A stretch of 32,000 nucleotides of DNA from Candidatus Velamenicoccus archaeovorus (GCF_004102945.1 NZ_CP019384.1:1710001-1742000); one strand, 5' to 3'. Shown: positions 14,861 through 22,701, counted from the stretch's first letter. Notes: generated from the sequence alone by a model not told the origin. Program-made: numbers and translations.

Positions 14861-14914
14861 GGCCCTTGATTGTCGATCAAGTGATCGTGGGTTCAAATCC
14901 CATCGTCCCCGCCA
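14836..14914 (+). tRNA. tRNA-Asp (anticodon GTC), CCA encoded
   Basis: Manual cloverleaf. Acceptor GGGGACG/CGTCCCC. D-stem GCTT/AGGC with an 11-nt loop. Anticodon stem CTTGA/TCAAG with loop TTGTCGA. 5-nt variable loop. T-arm GTGGG-TTCAAAT-CCCAT. Discriminator G, then CCA. Confidence 0.9.
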
Positions 14915-14920
14915 AAATAA

Positions 14921-14953
14921 AAGAGGCCGCACAATGTGCGGCCTCTTCTTTAT
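14921..14953 (+). terminator. Rho-independent terminator after tRNA-Asp (possibly bidirectional)
   Basis: AAGAGGCCGCA-caatg-TGCGGCCTCTT followed by CTTTAT, and preceded by AAAATAAA. Confidence 0.7.
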
Positions 14954-14962
14954 GTGCTTGGT

Positions 14963-15049
14963 CCCCTGCAAATTTCCCCCTCGCAAAAACACTCGTAAAT
15001 TCTGTCGCCCGCCTTCGGCGGCTCCACAATTTACTTCGTTTGCAAGGGG
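14963..15049. other. Long nested imperfect hairpin
   Basis: Outer arms CCCCTGCAAA / TTTGCA(A)GGGG. Inner arms GTAAATT / AATTTAC (14995-15001 / 15028-15034). Apical stem CCGCC-ttc-GGCGG. Confidence 0.5.
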
Positions 15050-15117
15050 TATTTTAGAAAGCGCAACCGCAACTATCCCTCGCTGCCGCTTCATTTCCCG
15101 ACAGCAGCTTGGGACTC

Positions 15118-15144
15118 GATTTTACTCGCTGCGCTCGTAAAATC
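15118..15144. other. 8-bp hairpin GATTTTAC / GTAAAATC, 3 nt beyond the tRNA-Val 3' end
   Basis: Perfect stem with an 11-nt loop. No T tract follows on the minus strand, so terminator function is uncertain. Confidence 0.55.
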
Positions 15145-15147
15145 TCG

Positions 15148-15221
15148 TGGGCGATGGAGGACTTGAACCCCCGACATTCTGCGTGTAAAGCAGACGCTCT
15201 AACCAGCTGAGCTAATCGCCC
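15148..15221 (-). tRNA. tRNA-Val (anticodon TAC), CCA not encoded
   Basis: Reverse complement: GGGCGAT TA GCTC AGCTGGTTA GAGC G TCTGC TTTACAC GCAGA ATGTC GGGGG TTCAAGT CCTCC ATCGCCC A. This is a canonical cloverleaf. Confidence 0.9.
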
Positions 15222-15288
15222 GAAAGCCTAACCTCCGCCGTAGGCGGATCAGCCCTGGCCTGCCCAAAGGGCAGCCGAGGCTGAAATT

Positions 15289-15349
15289 GTCCCGACGCTT
15301 GCCACCGGCAAGGTCGGGATCCCGACCGAACGCATGTGAGCGTCGGGAC
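15289..15349. repeat. Twin-hairpin element E2 (GTCCCGAC..GTCGGGA | TCCCGAC..GTCGGGAC, centre GGGATCCC)
   Basis: 61 nt. Two tandem hairpins with the same stem. The first loop itself holds the hairpin CTTGCC-acc-GGCAAG. Same layout as E1 at 14481-14539. Confidence 0.8.
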
Positions 15350-15479
15350 GCCAACCGCCCGAAATATAACCTCCACCACGAATGGATCAGGCTCCAGCTA
15401 AAACTGCCCGCCACAAAAATATCATTTAAGGCGGGTCCGCCTCTGGCGGAAACTAACCGCCCAATGCCTCTCTTCTCTG

Positions 15480-15938
15480 TTACGCTCCGGAAAATTTGCC
15501 CAGGGCGATAAGCGAAAAGACCATGACAAAGAGGGCGACGGTCTCCGTGATACCGAGCACGGCCAGATAGTTGCCGAAACCTTTGCCCGTCTCGCCCATC
15601 GCGTCGCAGGCCACAGCCGCGCACCGACCCTGCCATAAGGCGGACAAACCAATGGCCAGGCCGCAGAAAGCGCCGATACCCCACAGATACTGTCCCTTGT
15701 TAGCCAACTCCAGGACCTTGTTCATGACGATGTTGCCGTAGATCGTCTGCGTCAGGGGCGCGCCGACAAGCGCGACGAGAAGAAAAGACGCAGTCTTGTT
15801 CTGCGAAAAGTTCTTTTTCCAGGCGCCGATGGCCGCCATGCCGGCCGTGCCTGCGCCGATCGCAGAGCCGCAGGCCGCCAGGGCCAATATGAGCGCCGCC
15901 CCCAAATCTTTAAATTGCACCAGCACATTTCCTTCCAT
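15480..15938 (-). CDS. atpK: V-type ATP synthase subunit K (proteolipid, duplicated 4-TM form)
   Basis: 152-aa ORF with an AGGAGGG RBS. Gly/Ala-rich TM helices. Conserved carboxylate in the last helix (GITETVALFVMV). Confidence 0.9.
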   Translation of the reverse strand: MEGNVLVQFKDLGAALILALAACGSAIGAGTAGMAAIGAWKKNFSQNKTASFLLVALVGAPLTQTIYGNIVMNKVLELANKGQYLWGIGAFCGLAIGLSALWQGRCAAVACDAMGETGKGFGNYLAVLGITETVALFVMVFSLIALGKFSGA

Positions 15939-16005
15939 TGTTCCCTCCTTGATTTTGCCTATAGTGGGTAACTCTTCGTTACAAAATCAACCCCGAGCCT
16001 GCGCA

Positions 16006-16059
16006 GAAAATTTTTGCCGACTGGCCAGCTTCGCTGGCCGAGTCGTGGCAAAAATTTTC
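16006..16059. repeat. GAAAATTT-ended hairpin in the atpI-atpK spacer
   Basis: gaaaatttttgccgactggccagc-ttc-gctggccgagtcgtggcaaaaattttc: a long imperfect stem. Its termini resemble the hairpins at 8767-8805 and 9438-9509. Confidence 0.75.
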
Positions 16060-16086
16060 AAGCGTTTAGGCGAGTGGGTTAATCCT

Positions 16087-17862
16087 TTATTCTTCTGCAA
16101 GCGGCTTATACGGCGTCCCCGACCACGTCACGGCCGCGTGCCCCGAAAACTCCAGCACATTCAACCGGACGCCATGCACAAGGACCGACATGGGACCCAG
16201 GACGATGTTAAGCGCGTGGCCGGCGATGACGATCGCCACGGCCCCGATGATGCCGATGATCCCCGATGCGGCGGCGCCGGCCGCCATGAAATTAAAAGCG
16301 TCGGCAATGGCGATGGTCGCCAGCCCGACGGCAAAAAGACGGATGTAAGAGACGACATCCGTAAAATTATTCACGAGGCTCAAGGCCAGCGTCCCCAGCC
16401 CGGAGCCGACGGCCCTGAAGATATTCTTCTGGAAATTGACGAACACGACCACGAGCGCGATCCCGGCGATGATGAAATATTTCCCCGCGGAAGGGAAAGG
16501 ATCGCCCAACAGCAGGGTCTTGGCCAGGAAAAACGCCGCCCAGATGATGGACAGCCACCCCAGCTCCGCCACGGCGACCGGCGACGGCAGAAGGACGGCA
16601 AAGCGCCACAGGTGCGCGATCGTCAAATGGACCGCGCCGATCCCGAAACAGAGCGCCTGGACAAAACCGGCATCATTAAGTTGAGGCAGCGGGGCCTTGA
16701 TGCCCAAGTTCACGAGCCAGGTCTGGCCGAAGAATACGCCGCTCAAGGCCCCCCAAACAATGGCGCATGAGCTCAACACATACATAAGAAAGAACGGCGC
16801 CTTGTTCTGCACGTTTTTGCCGAACTTGCGATACGCCCAGAGGGTCAAAAGAAAATAAACCAGGCCGTATCCGGCGTCGCCGATCAGGATGCCGAAAAAC
16901 AGGCTGAAAAAAAGCAAAAACGTCGGACTGATATCGAGTTCCTTATATCCAGGGGTGATCTCAAGAAGTTTGAGGACCGGCTGGATAAGAGAGATCCAAC
17001 GGGGATTGCGCAACAAGGTCGGGACGCGGTCTTCCGGCGAAGGATCGTCTGTAAAAAGGCCCCACCCCTCCTTTTGGGCGGCGCCGGACAACACCTCCAT
17101 CTGATCAGACGGCGCATATCCCGTCAGATACGTCAAAGCCCCTTCCTGCCCCATGCCGGCGACGGCCTTGGCAAACTCAAGGTCTCTCTCTAAAACTTTC
17201 TTCTGGCGCAAAAAGCATTCTTTGTGACACTGGACAGCCCGGCCTTCCCGGACCAGCTGCTCCATGACCTGTCGGTCTTCTTCGCGGCGTTTTTTCATGG
17301 CCGCCAGGCCCGTCTTCGGCGGGACGATCTCCTTGAAAGGGACAGCGACGGGCTCGCGCGAGACCACGGCGCATAGCGCGCTGCCCTGGTGCGTGCGCAG
17401 GACCTCCACAACAATGTCCCGGGGAAACTTCTTCAGATCGGAGACAGGCGCCTGATACAATCGCACATAGATACCACGGTCGCGCAACGTCTTTAAAAGC
17501 TGGGGGTCAAAATCGCCCCACGGCTCCCATTCGCCGATATTGACCGCCAGACTCCGGGAAAATTCCTTGAGATGCTGATAGCGCTTCCCCAGATCGATGA
17601 CATGAAGCACATCCTGTTTCCAGTCTTTCTCTTTCTTCGAAGCCGCAGGGGCTTTCGTCTCATCGGCAAAGATCTCTTCCTGCAGGACGACCAGGGCCTC
17701 GTCCAAAAGTTCGATGTCGCGCTGGCATGCCTCGACATCCTTGCCTGCCGGCGTTCTGTCGTGCTCGACGTGGACGACGCCCAGCGAACGCAGGCGCTCC
17801 ACCAGCCGCTGCGCGTCCTTGGCCTCGACGATAATGCCGACTTTTTTCATAGGTACAATCAT
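16087..17862 (-). CDS. atpI: V-type ATP synthase subunit I (a-subunit)
   Basis: 591-aa ORF with a cytoplasmic N-terminal half and a polytopic C-terminal half. The essential Arg context VVSYIRLFAVGLAT is present. Confidence 0.9.
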   Translation of the reverse strand: MIVPMKKVGIIVEAKDAQRLVERLRSLGVVHVEHDRTPAGKDVEACQRDIELLDEALVVLQEEIFADETKAPAASKKEKDWKQDVLHVIDLGKRYQHLKEFSRSLAVNIGEWEPWGDFDPQLLKTLRDRGIYVRLYQAPVSDLKKFPRDIVVEVLRTHQGSALCAVVSREPVAVPFKEIVPPKTGLAAMKKRREEDRQVMEQLVREGRAVQCHKECFLRQKKVLERDLEFAKAVAGMGQEGALTYLTGYAPSDQMEVLSGAAQKEGWGLFTDDPSPEDRVPTLLRNPRWISLIQPVLKLLEITPGYKELDISPTFLLFFSLFFGILIGDAGYGLVYFLLTLWAYRKFGKNVQNKAPFFLMYVLSSCAIVWGALSGVFFGQTWLVNLGIKAPLPQLNDAGFVQALCFGIGAVHLTIAHLWRFAVLLPSPVAVAELGWLSIIWAAFFLAKTLLLGDPFPSAGKYFIIAGIALVVVFVNFQKNIFRAVGSGLGTLALSLVNNFTDVVSYIRLFAVGLATIAIADAFNFMAAGAAASGIIGIIGAVAIVIAGHALNIVLGPMSVLVHGVRLNVLEFSGHAAVTWSGTPYKPLAEE

Positions 17863-17885
17863 GCTACGGCACCTTTAATGAGCGG

Positions 17886-17946
17886 ACAATTTACGCGAAG
17901 CGAATAATATGAGTAAGCGTAAATTGTAGTCCCGCACCTGCGGGAC
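17886..17946. other. Two adjacent perfect hairpins upstream of atpI
   Basis: ACAATTTACGC (17886-17896) pairs with GCGTAAATTGT (17917-17927): 11 bp with a 20-nt loop. GTCCCGC-acct-GCGGGAC lies at 17929-17946. Confidence 0.7.
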
Positions 17947-17959
17947 GTCCGCGAATTAA

Positions 17960-18227
17960 ACCCAGCACGAATTTTATATTTTTAATGATTCTGCTATCCG
18001 CGCTTTTAAATATGTCCTTGCTTGACCGTATTGCTTTAGCTTTGTCTCTCTTCTCCTTGCGTCAACTTCCGAAAGAAAAGCCTCATAATAAACGAGCTTC
18101 GATGCCGCACGATCTTTATCGTGCTGCCGGATACGTCTTTGTAAATCGCTTGTATAACCGTAATAAAAACTCGCCGCTATCTTTATCTCTTAAAACATAC
18201 ACGTAGTACATAAAATTCGTGCTGGGT
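17960..18227 (-). mobile_element. 268-bp GIY-YIG mini-element bounded by a perfect 18-bp inverted repeat
   Basis: ACCCAGCACGAATTTTAT (17960-17977) is the exact reverse complement of ATAAAATTCGTGCTGGGT (18210-18227). The AT-rich interior is filled entirely by a GIY-YIG reading frame. Both the start codon and the stop codon overlap the repeat arms. Confidence 0.7.
17974..18211 (-). pseudogene. GIY-YIG nuclease gene with a +1 frameshift in a T5 run
   Basis: Frame 0 reads MYYVYVLRDKDSGE and then stops after 29 codons. The next frame continues FYYGYTSDLQRRIRQHDKDRAASKLVYYEAFLSEVDARRRETKLKQYGQARTYLKARIAESLKI*. Removing one T from GAGTTTTTATTAC (plus-strand A5 at 18165-18169) restores a 78-aa GIY-YIG protein. 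Confidence 0.75.
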
Positions 18228-18236
18228 AGCTTCGGG

Positions 18237-18863
18237 CTAATGGCTTATGCTCGCTAACGCTCCATAAGCCATGCCCTCAGTTATCTTCCTCTTGGCGATC
18301 TTGGAACGGCCGACCGCATTCGTCATCTGGTCGCCGATGTAAATCTTGATCAGGCGGATCGCCTCTTCGGCTTCGGGGATCTTGACCTTCTCGAAAAGGT
18401 TGACGCGCTGGGTCGTGATCCGCAATTCCTGGCGCAGGATGGCCTGCGCTTCATTGAGGACTTCGATTTCTTTGCGCAAAGACACGATTTCCCTCAAGGC
18501 ATCCACGGCCTGGTCCACCCACAAGGGCGTCAGGAACAAATCGTATTCGGCAGGGTCAAAGACAAGGCGTTCAAAGACGGGCAGATCGACGCCGGCGACG
18601 TTACGCATCCCGCGCACGACCTCTTTGGGTCTCAGCCACGCCTCCAGAGAGACGCTTTTATCCGTCAGCAGGCCTGCCCACGCCTGGCGCTGCGCGACCT
18701 TCGACTTCTCTTTGGTCCGCCGGTCCTCCAGGGCCGCGTTCAAATGCAGGATCTCCAGCTGCAGCTGTTGTTTTTTCAGCTGGAGAGTCGGCAGATAACG
18801 CTCGTAGCTCTTGAGGGCATCCCGTTGGCGCTTTAATTCGCCTTTGGTCAGCTTAATCTTCAT
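18237..18863 (-). CDS. atpD: V-type ATP synthase subunit D
   Basis: 208-aa ORF: MKIKLTKGELKRQRDALKSYERYLPTLQLKKQQLQLEI..., a coiled-coil rotor subunit pattern. The last 12 codons are encoded by a perfect 10-bp hairpin (18240-18272). Confidence 0.85.
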   Translation of the reverse strand: MKIKLTKGELKRQRDALKSYERYLPTLQLKKQQLQLEILHLNAALEDRRTKEKSKVAQRQAWAGLLTDKSVSLEAWLRPKEVVRGMRNVAGVDLPVFERLVFDPAEYDLFLTPLWVDQAVDALREIVSLRKEIEVLNEAQAILRQELRITTQRVNLFEKVKIPEAEEAIRLIKIYIGDQMTNAVGRSKIAKRKITEGMAYGALASISH

Positions 18864-18959
18864 CTTATTTCTTGGGGCCCGCCCCGTTAGAAAAAATTTC
18901 CCGTTACGTTTTTTATCCTGCCAATAATACCGCCCACAACCAAAGCTTCTGTCTCAAAC

Positions 18960-20267
18960 CTACTCCATATTTTTTCTAACGGGCCAGTATTTCTCGATCA
19001 GGGCCTTCTTGATGCCGGTCTCTTCCGGCGAAAAACATTCGGCCAGGATCTCCCACCCCCGGTCCAGCGCGCGCTCAAGCGAAATATTGACCTCCAGCGA
19101 CATCATCTGGCTTTCAAAGAGTCCGCCGTAGCGCAGGAGTTTCTTGTCCCAGTTCGACATCTGGAACCCCATGGCCTGCTTCTCCAGGGTCTCCCTGTAG
19201 CTGGCAAACAACTGGATCATGGTGTCCATGATCGTGCGGTGGTCGTCGCGCGTGGCGCCGTTGACCTGTTGTTTGAGACGGGAGAGCGACCCAAAGGGCT
19301 CAATCACCTTGTTTTTGAGATAAAACTGCCCTTCGGTGATATATCCCGTGTTATCCGGCACCGGGTGCGTCACGTCGTCGCCTGGCATGGTCGTCGCGGC
19401 CAGGATCGTGATGGAACCCGCCGTATCGAAATCAACGGCCTTCTCGTAACGGCTGGCGAGCTGGCTGTAGAGGTCTCCCGGATAGCCGCGGTTCGACGGC
19501 ACCTGTTCCATAGTGATGGAGACTTCTTTCAAGGCGTCGCAGAAATTCGTCATATCGGTCAAAAGGACCAGGACCCTCTTTCCGGCCAGGGCGGATTGCT
19601 CGGCAACCGCCAGGCTCAAATCGGGCACAAGCAAACATTCGACCGTCGGGTCTGCGGCCGTATGGATGAAGAATATCGCGCGTGACAACGCGCCGGCCTC
19701 CTCCAGGGTGTCGCGGAAAAAAAGATAATCGTCGTGTTTCAGGCCCATGCCTCCCAGGATGATGATATCCACCTGCGCCTGGATGGCGATACGGGCCAAC
19801 AATGCATTATAGGGCTCGCCGGCAATCGAAAAAATCGGCAGTTTTTGCGATTCGACCAGCGAGTTGAAAACGTCGATCATGGGAATATTGGTGCGGATCA
19901 TCCGGCGGGGGATGATGCGCTTGACCGGGTTGACCGATGGCCCGCCGATATCCACCATGTTCTCTGAAAGCGCCGGGCCGCGGTCCAACGGCTCGCCCGA
20001 CCCGTTGAAGATGCGGCCTAAAAGGTTTTCGCCGGAGGCCACGCGCATGGGATGCCCCAGAAACCTGACCTGGTCGCCGGTAGAGACGCCGCGGCTGCCG
20101 GCAAACACCTGCAATGACACCCGCCTGCCGTCAATACGGATGACCTGCGCCAGAGAAACGCCGCCCTTGGTCATGACCTGCGCGATCTCCATGGATCCGA
20201 TGCCGTCGGCCTCGACGGTGATGACATCGCCTGCGATCTGGATGATGTTCGTATAAACTTTATGCAC
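18960..20267 (-). CDS. atpB: V-type ATP synthase subunit B
   Basis: 435-aa ORF whose GTG start overlaps the atpA stop by 8 nt. [26 protein letters not shown] and [20 protein letters not shown] are typical. Confidence 0.9.
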   Translation of the reverse strand: MHKVYTNIIQIAGDVITVEADGIGSMEIAQVMTKGGVSLAQVIRIDGRRVSLQVFAGSRGVSTGDQVRFLGHPMRVASGENLLGRIFNGSGEPLDRGPALSENMVDIGGPSVNPVKRIIPRRMIRTNIPMIDVFNSLVESQKLPIFSIAGEPYNALLARIAIQAQVDIIILGGMGLKHDDYLFFRDTLEEAGALSRAIFFIHTAADPTVECLLVPDLSLAVAEQSALAGKRVLVLLTDMTNFCDALKEVSITMEQVPSNRGYPGDLYSQLASRYEKAVDFDTAGSITILAATTMPGDDVTHPVPDNTGYITEGQFYLKNKVIEPFGSLSRLKQQVNGATRDDHRTIMDTMIQLFASYRETLEKQAMGFQMSNWDKKLLRYGGLFESQMMSLEVNISLERALDRGWEILAECFSPEETGIKKALIEKYWPVRKNME

Positions 20268-22017
20268 GTTCGCCGTCCTTTTTGGATTTAAGCTGGGTCT
20301 CTATCAAAGCCTGGATCTCGTCTTGTATCTTTTTGTATTCGCCAGTGTCCTGCGCCGCCGAGTTCCAGCCGCGGAAGAGCTGACGCAATTGGTGAAAAAA
20401 GTGCAGAGCGGCTTCCTTGTCCGTAAACGCGAAATCCGCCTGCAGGACGTTTTTGTAGATAAAGCCGTAGACGGCCTTCTGGCGCTCGGCGCTTGTCGCC
20501 TCATCGACAGGGTCGAAGGCGTTCTGCTGCAGATAGACGAAATCGAAAAATTCGCCTTTGAGATAATCCACGTAGTCCTTGAGGGACGTGCCTTCCTCGC
20601 CGATGACTTTCATCATCTGGCCGACATCGTGGCTCTTGCGCAGGATCGCGTGGCCGGCGGCGATCTCGCGGACGTCGATGATGCTGGGATACTTGCTCCA
20701 GCTGATCAAAGGGTCTATCGCCGGATACCGGCGGGCGTCCGATCGCTCGCGCGAGAGGCCGTGGAAGGCGCCGACGACCTTGAGGGTCGCCTGCGTCACC
20801 GGTTCTTCGAAATTGCCGCCCGCAGGGCTCACCGTGCCGCCGATCGTAACAGACCCCATTGTGCCGTCATAGAGCCTGACGACGCCGGCGCGCTCGTAAA
20901 AAGAAGCGATGCGCGACTCAAGGTAGGCCGGAAAGGCCTCTTCGCCGGGGATCTCTTCCAGGCGGCCCGACATCTCCCGCATGGCCTGCGCCCACCGCGA
21001 GGTCGAATCCGCCAAAAGCATGACATTCAACCCCATCTGGCGGTAGTATTCGGCGATGGTCACGGCCGTATAGACGCTGGATTCCCTGGCGGCGACGGGC
21101 ATGGAGCTCGTATTGCAGATGATGACGGTCCTGTCGCTCAAGGGCTTGCCGGTCTTGGGGTCTTTTAATTCCGGAAACGTCTTTAACGTCTCGACGACCT
21201 CGCCAGCGCGCTCGCCGCAGGCGGCGATGATGACGATATCCACGTCCGCGTGTCGGCTGATGAGCTGCTGCAACACGGTCTTTCCGGCGCCGAACGGCCC
21301 GGGAACGCAATAGGTGCCGCCGCGCGCCACAGGAAACAGGGAATCGATCAGGCGCATCTTTGTCACCAGAGGTTCCGTCGGCATGAACTTTTCGGCGTAG
21401 GCCTTGATGGCGACCTTGACCGGCCAGGTCTGGACCATCCGGCATTCGACGAGCTTGCCGTTGGCGTCCTTGAGGCGCGCCACGACATCTTTCAAGGTAT
21501 AGCGCCCGGCACCAACGATCTCGGCGACCTCCCACTCCCCTTTCAGGTCGAACGGCGCCATGATGGCATGCTTAAAAATCTTTTCCGGCACGGTGCCGAG
21601 CTTGTCGCCCGCCCTGACCTTTTGACCGGCTTTTGCCGATGGCGTAAAATCCCATTGGCCGGCGTCCGGCAGAGGGTCTTTATAAACGCCTCTCTTGAGG
21701 AAAAATCCGCATTCCTTGGCCAAATCAGGCAATGGGTTCTGCAGGCCGTCGAAGATCTGACCCAGCAGGCCCGGGCCGAGCTCGACGGACAACAAGGCGT
21801 CGGTGAACGTCACGGCGTCGCCGACCTTGACCCCTGTCGTGCTTTCATACACCTGGGCCTCGGCCTTGTCGCCGCGCACGCGGATCACTTCGGCCTTCAG
21901 GCGGTCGGCGCCGCAGGCGACATACGCCACTTCATTCTGGATGACATAATCATCAAAGGTGATCGCCACCATGTTTCCGTTGATGGCCGCCACGCGGCCT
22001 TTTCTTTCAGATGCCAT
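20260..22017 (-). CDS. atpA: V-type ATP synthase subunit A (catalytic)
   Basis: I prefer ATG 22017 ([24 protein letters not shown]). The track's upstream start would translate the heptamer array. Walker [10 protein letters not shown]. The length (585 aa) leaves no room for an intein. Confidence 0.9.
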   Translation of the reverse strand: MASERKGRVAAINGNMVAITFDDYVIQNEVAYVACGADRLKAEVIRVRGDKAEAQVYESTTGVKVGDAVTFTDALLSVELGPGLLGQIFDGLQNPLPDLAKECGFFLKRGVYKDPLPDAGQWDFTPSAKAGQKVRAGDKLGTVPEKIFKHAIMAPFDLKGEWEVAEIVGAGRYTLKDVVARLKDANGKLVECRMVQTWPVKVAIKAYAEKFMPTEPLVTKMRLIDSLFPVARGGTYCVPGPFGAGKTVLQQLISRHADVDIVIIAACGERAGEVVETLKTFPELKDPKTGKPLSDRTVIICNTSSMPVAARESSVYTAVTIAEYYRQMGLNVMLLADSTSRWAQAMREMSGRLEEIPGEEAFPAYLESRIASFYERAGVVRLYDGTMGSVTIGGTVSPAGGNFEEPVTQATLKVVGAFHGLSRERSDARRYPAIDPLISWSKYPSIIDVREIAAGHAILRKSHDVGQMMKVIGEEGTSLKDYVDYLKGEFFDFVYLQQNAFDPVDEATSAERQKAVYGFIYKNVLQADFAFTDKEAALHFFHQLRQLFRGWNSAAQDTGEYKKIQDEIQALIETQLKSKKDGERA

Positions 22018-22040
22018 AATAACCTCGCATAAGTAAAAAA

Positions 22041-22131
22041 CAAACTCAAATAACCAATATCCAAGAACCAATAACCAATCAATGACCAGTAATCAAATTT
22101 CAATTATCAAACATTCCTTTGGTCATTCCAT
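22041..22131. repeat. 13-unit 7-nt periodic array filling the DUF2764-atpA spacer
   Basis: CAAACTC AAATAAC CAATATC CAAGAAC CAATAAC CAATCAA TGACCAG TAATCAA ATTTCAA TTATCAA ACATTCC TTTGGTC ATTCCAT. Shares caaactc, atatccaa, caaacat and tggtcattc strings with the element at 6520-6654. Confidence 0.75.
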
Positions 22132-22665
22132 TCAGTTCACGACCAACGTCTCTTCCAGGATCTTTGTCCTGTCCGCCGAAGCGACGCGCTCCCAGCGTTC
22201 CAAGATCAACAGCTTCAGGCCGTAAGCCAAAAGGGCCTCGAAATCGAAATAATGCCCGAAGGATAATTCGTCGAGTTTTTTCCATCGTTCTTCGTCCAGG
22301 ATCTTTTCGGCTTCAAGAGGCGCCGGCTGTCTGACCGCGTTAAGCGCCACCTGCACCACCCAGGAATCCCACCAGCCGTCATGTCGCAGGTATCTGCCGG
22401 CATCCGTCTGTTTGCGGGCCGAGCGCAGCTTGACCAATTCGTTGCGCAGGACGACCTCAAAAAGCTTCCAGGCCTTTAGCAGAGGAATGTCCGCCGGAGC
22501 GCCGGCGCTCCAGTCCGCGCCTTCAAGAGACGCCAAGACGGAAATCTCTTCTTCGCTGATCAAACCCCTGCAGCCCTCGAGGAATTTGGCATAGCTTAAC
22601 GGCAATTTTTGCCCGAAGTGCAGCATCGGTAACGCGGAAACAACATATGTGTAATGTCCGGCCAT
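22132..22665 (-). CDS. DUF2764 family protein (V-ATPase operon-associated; shorter than I recall for the family)
   Basis: 177-aa ORF. Its position between the E and A subunit genes matches the E-DUF2764-A-B-D-I-K operon layout I recall from Bacteroidota and Chlamydiae. The call rests mainly on synteny plus the general helical character. Confidence 0.6.
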   Translation of the reverse strand: MAGHYTYVVSALPMLHFGQKLPLSYAKFLEGCRGLISEEEISVLASLEGADWSAGAPADIPLLKAWKLFEVVLRNELVKLRSARKQTDAGRYLRHDGWWDSWVVQVALNAVRQPAPLEAEKILDEERWKKLDELSFGHYFDFEALLAYGLKLLILERWERVASADRTKILEETLVVN

Positions 22666-22673
22666 AGAATCAG

Positions 22674-22701
22674 TCTTAAGTTGTAAGCCTTAAGCGGTAA
22701 G
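22674..22701. repeat. Tandem heptamer array (TCTTAAG TTGTAAG CCTTAAG CGGTAAG)
   Basis: Four 7-nt units with TAAG in fixed phase, of the same type as the array at 2191-2225. Lies in the atpE-DUF2764 spacer. Confidence 0.8.

Noticed and set aside
20260-22017. Possible intein or other insertion in the V-ATPase A subunit or in CarB
   Set aside because: Both proteins have ordinary lengths (585 and 1081 aa). Their motifs are continuous across the catalytic regions, and no extra domain is visible.
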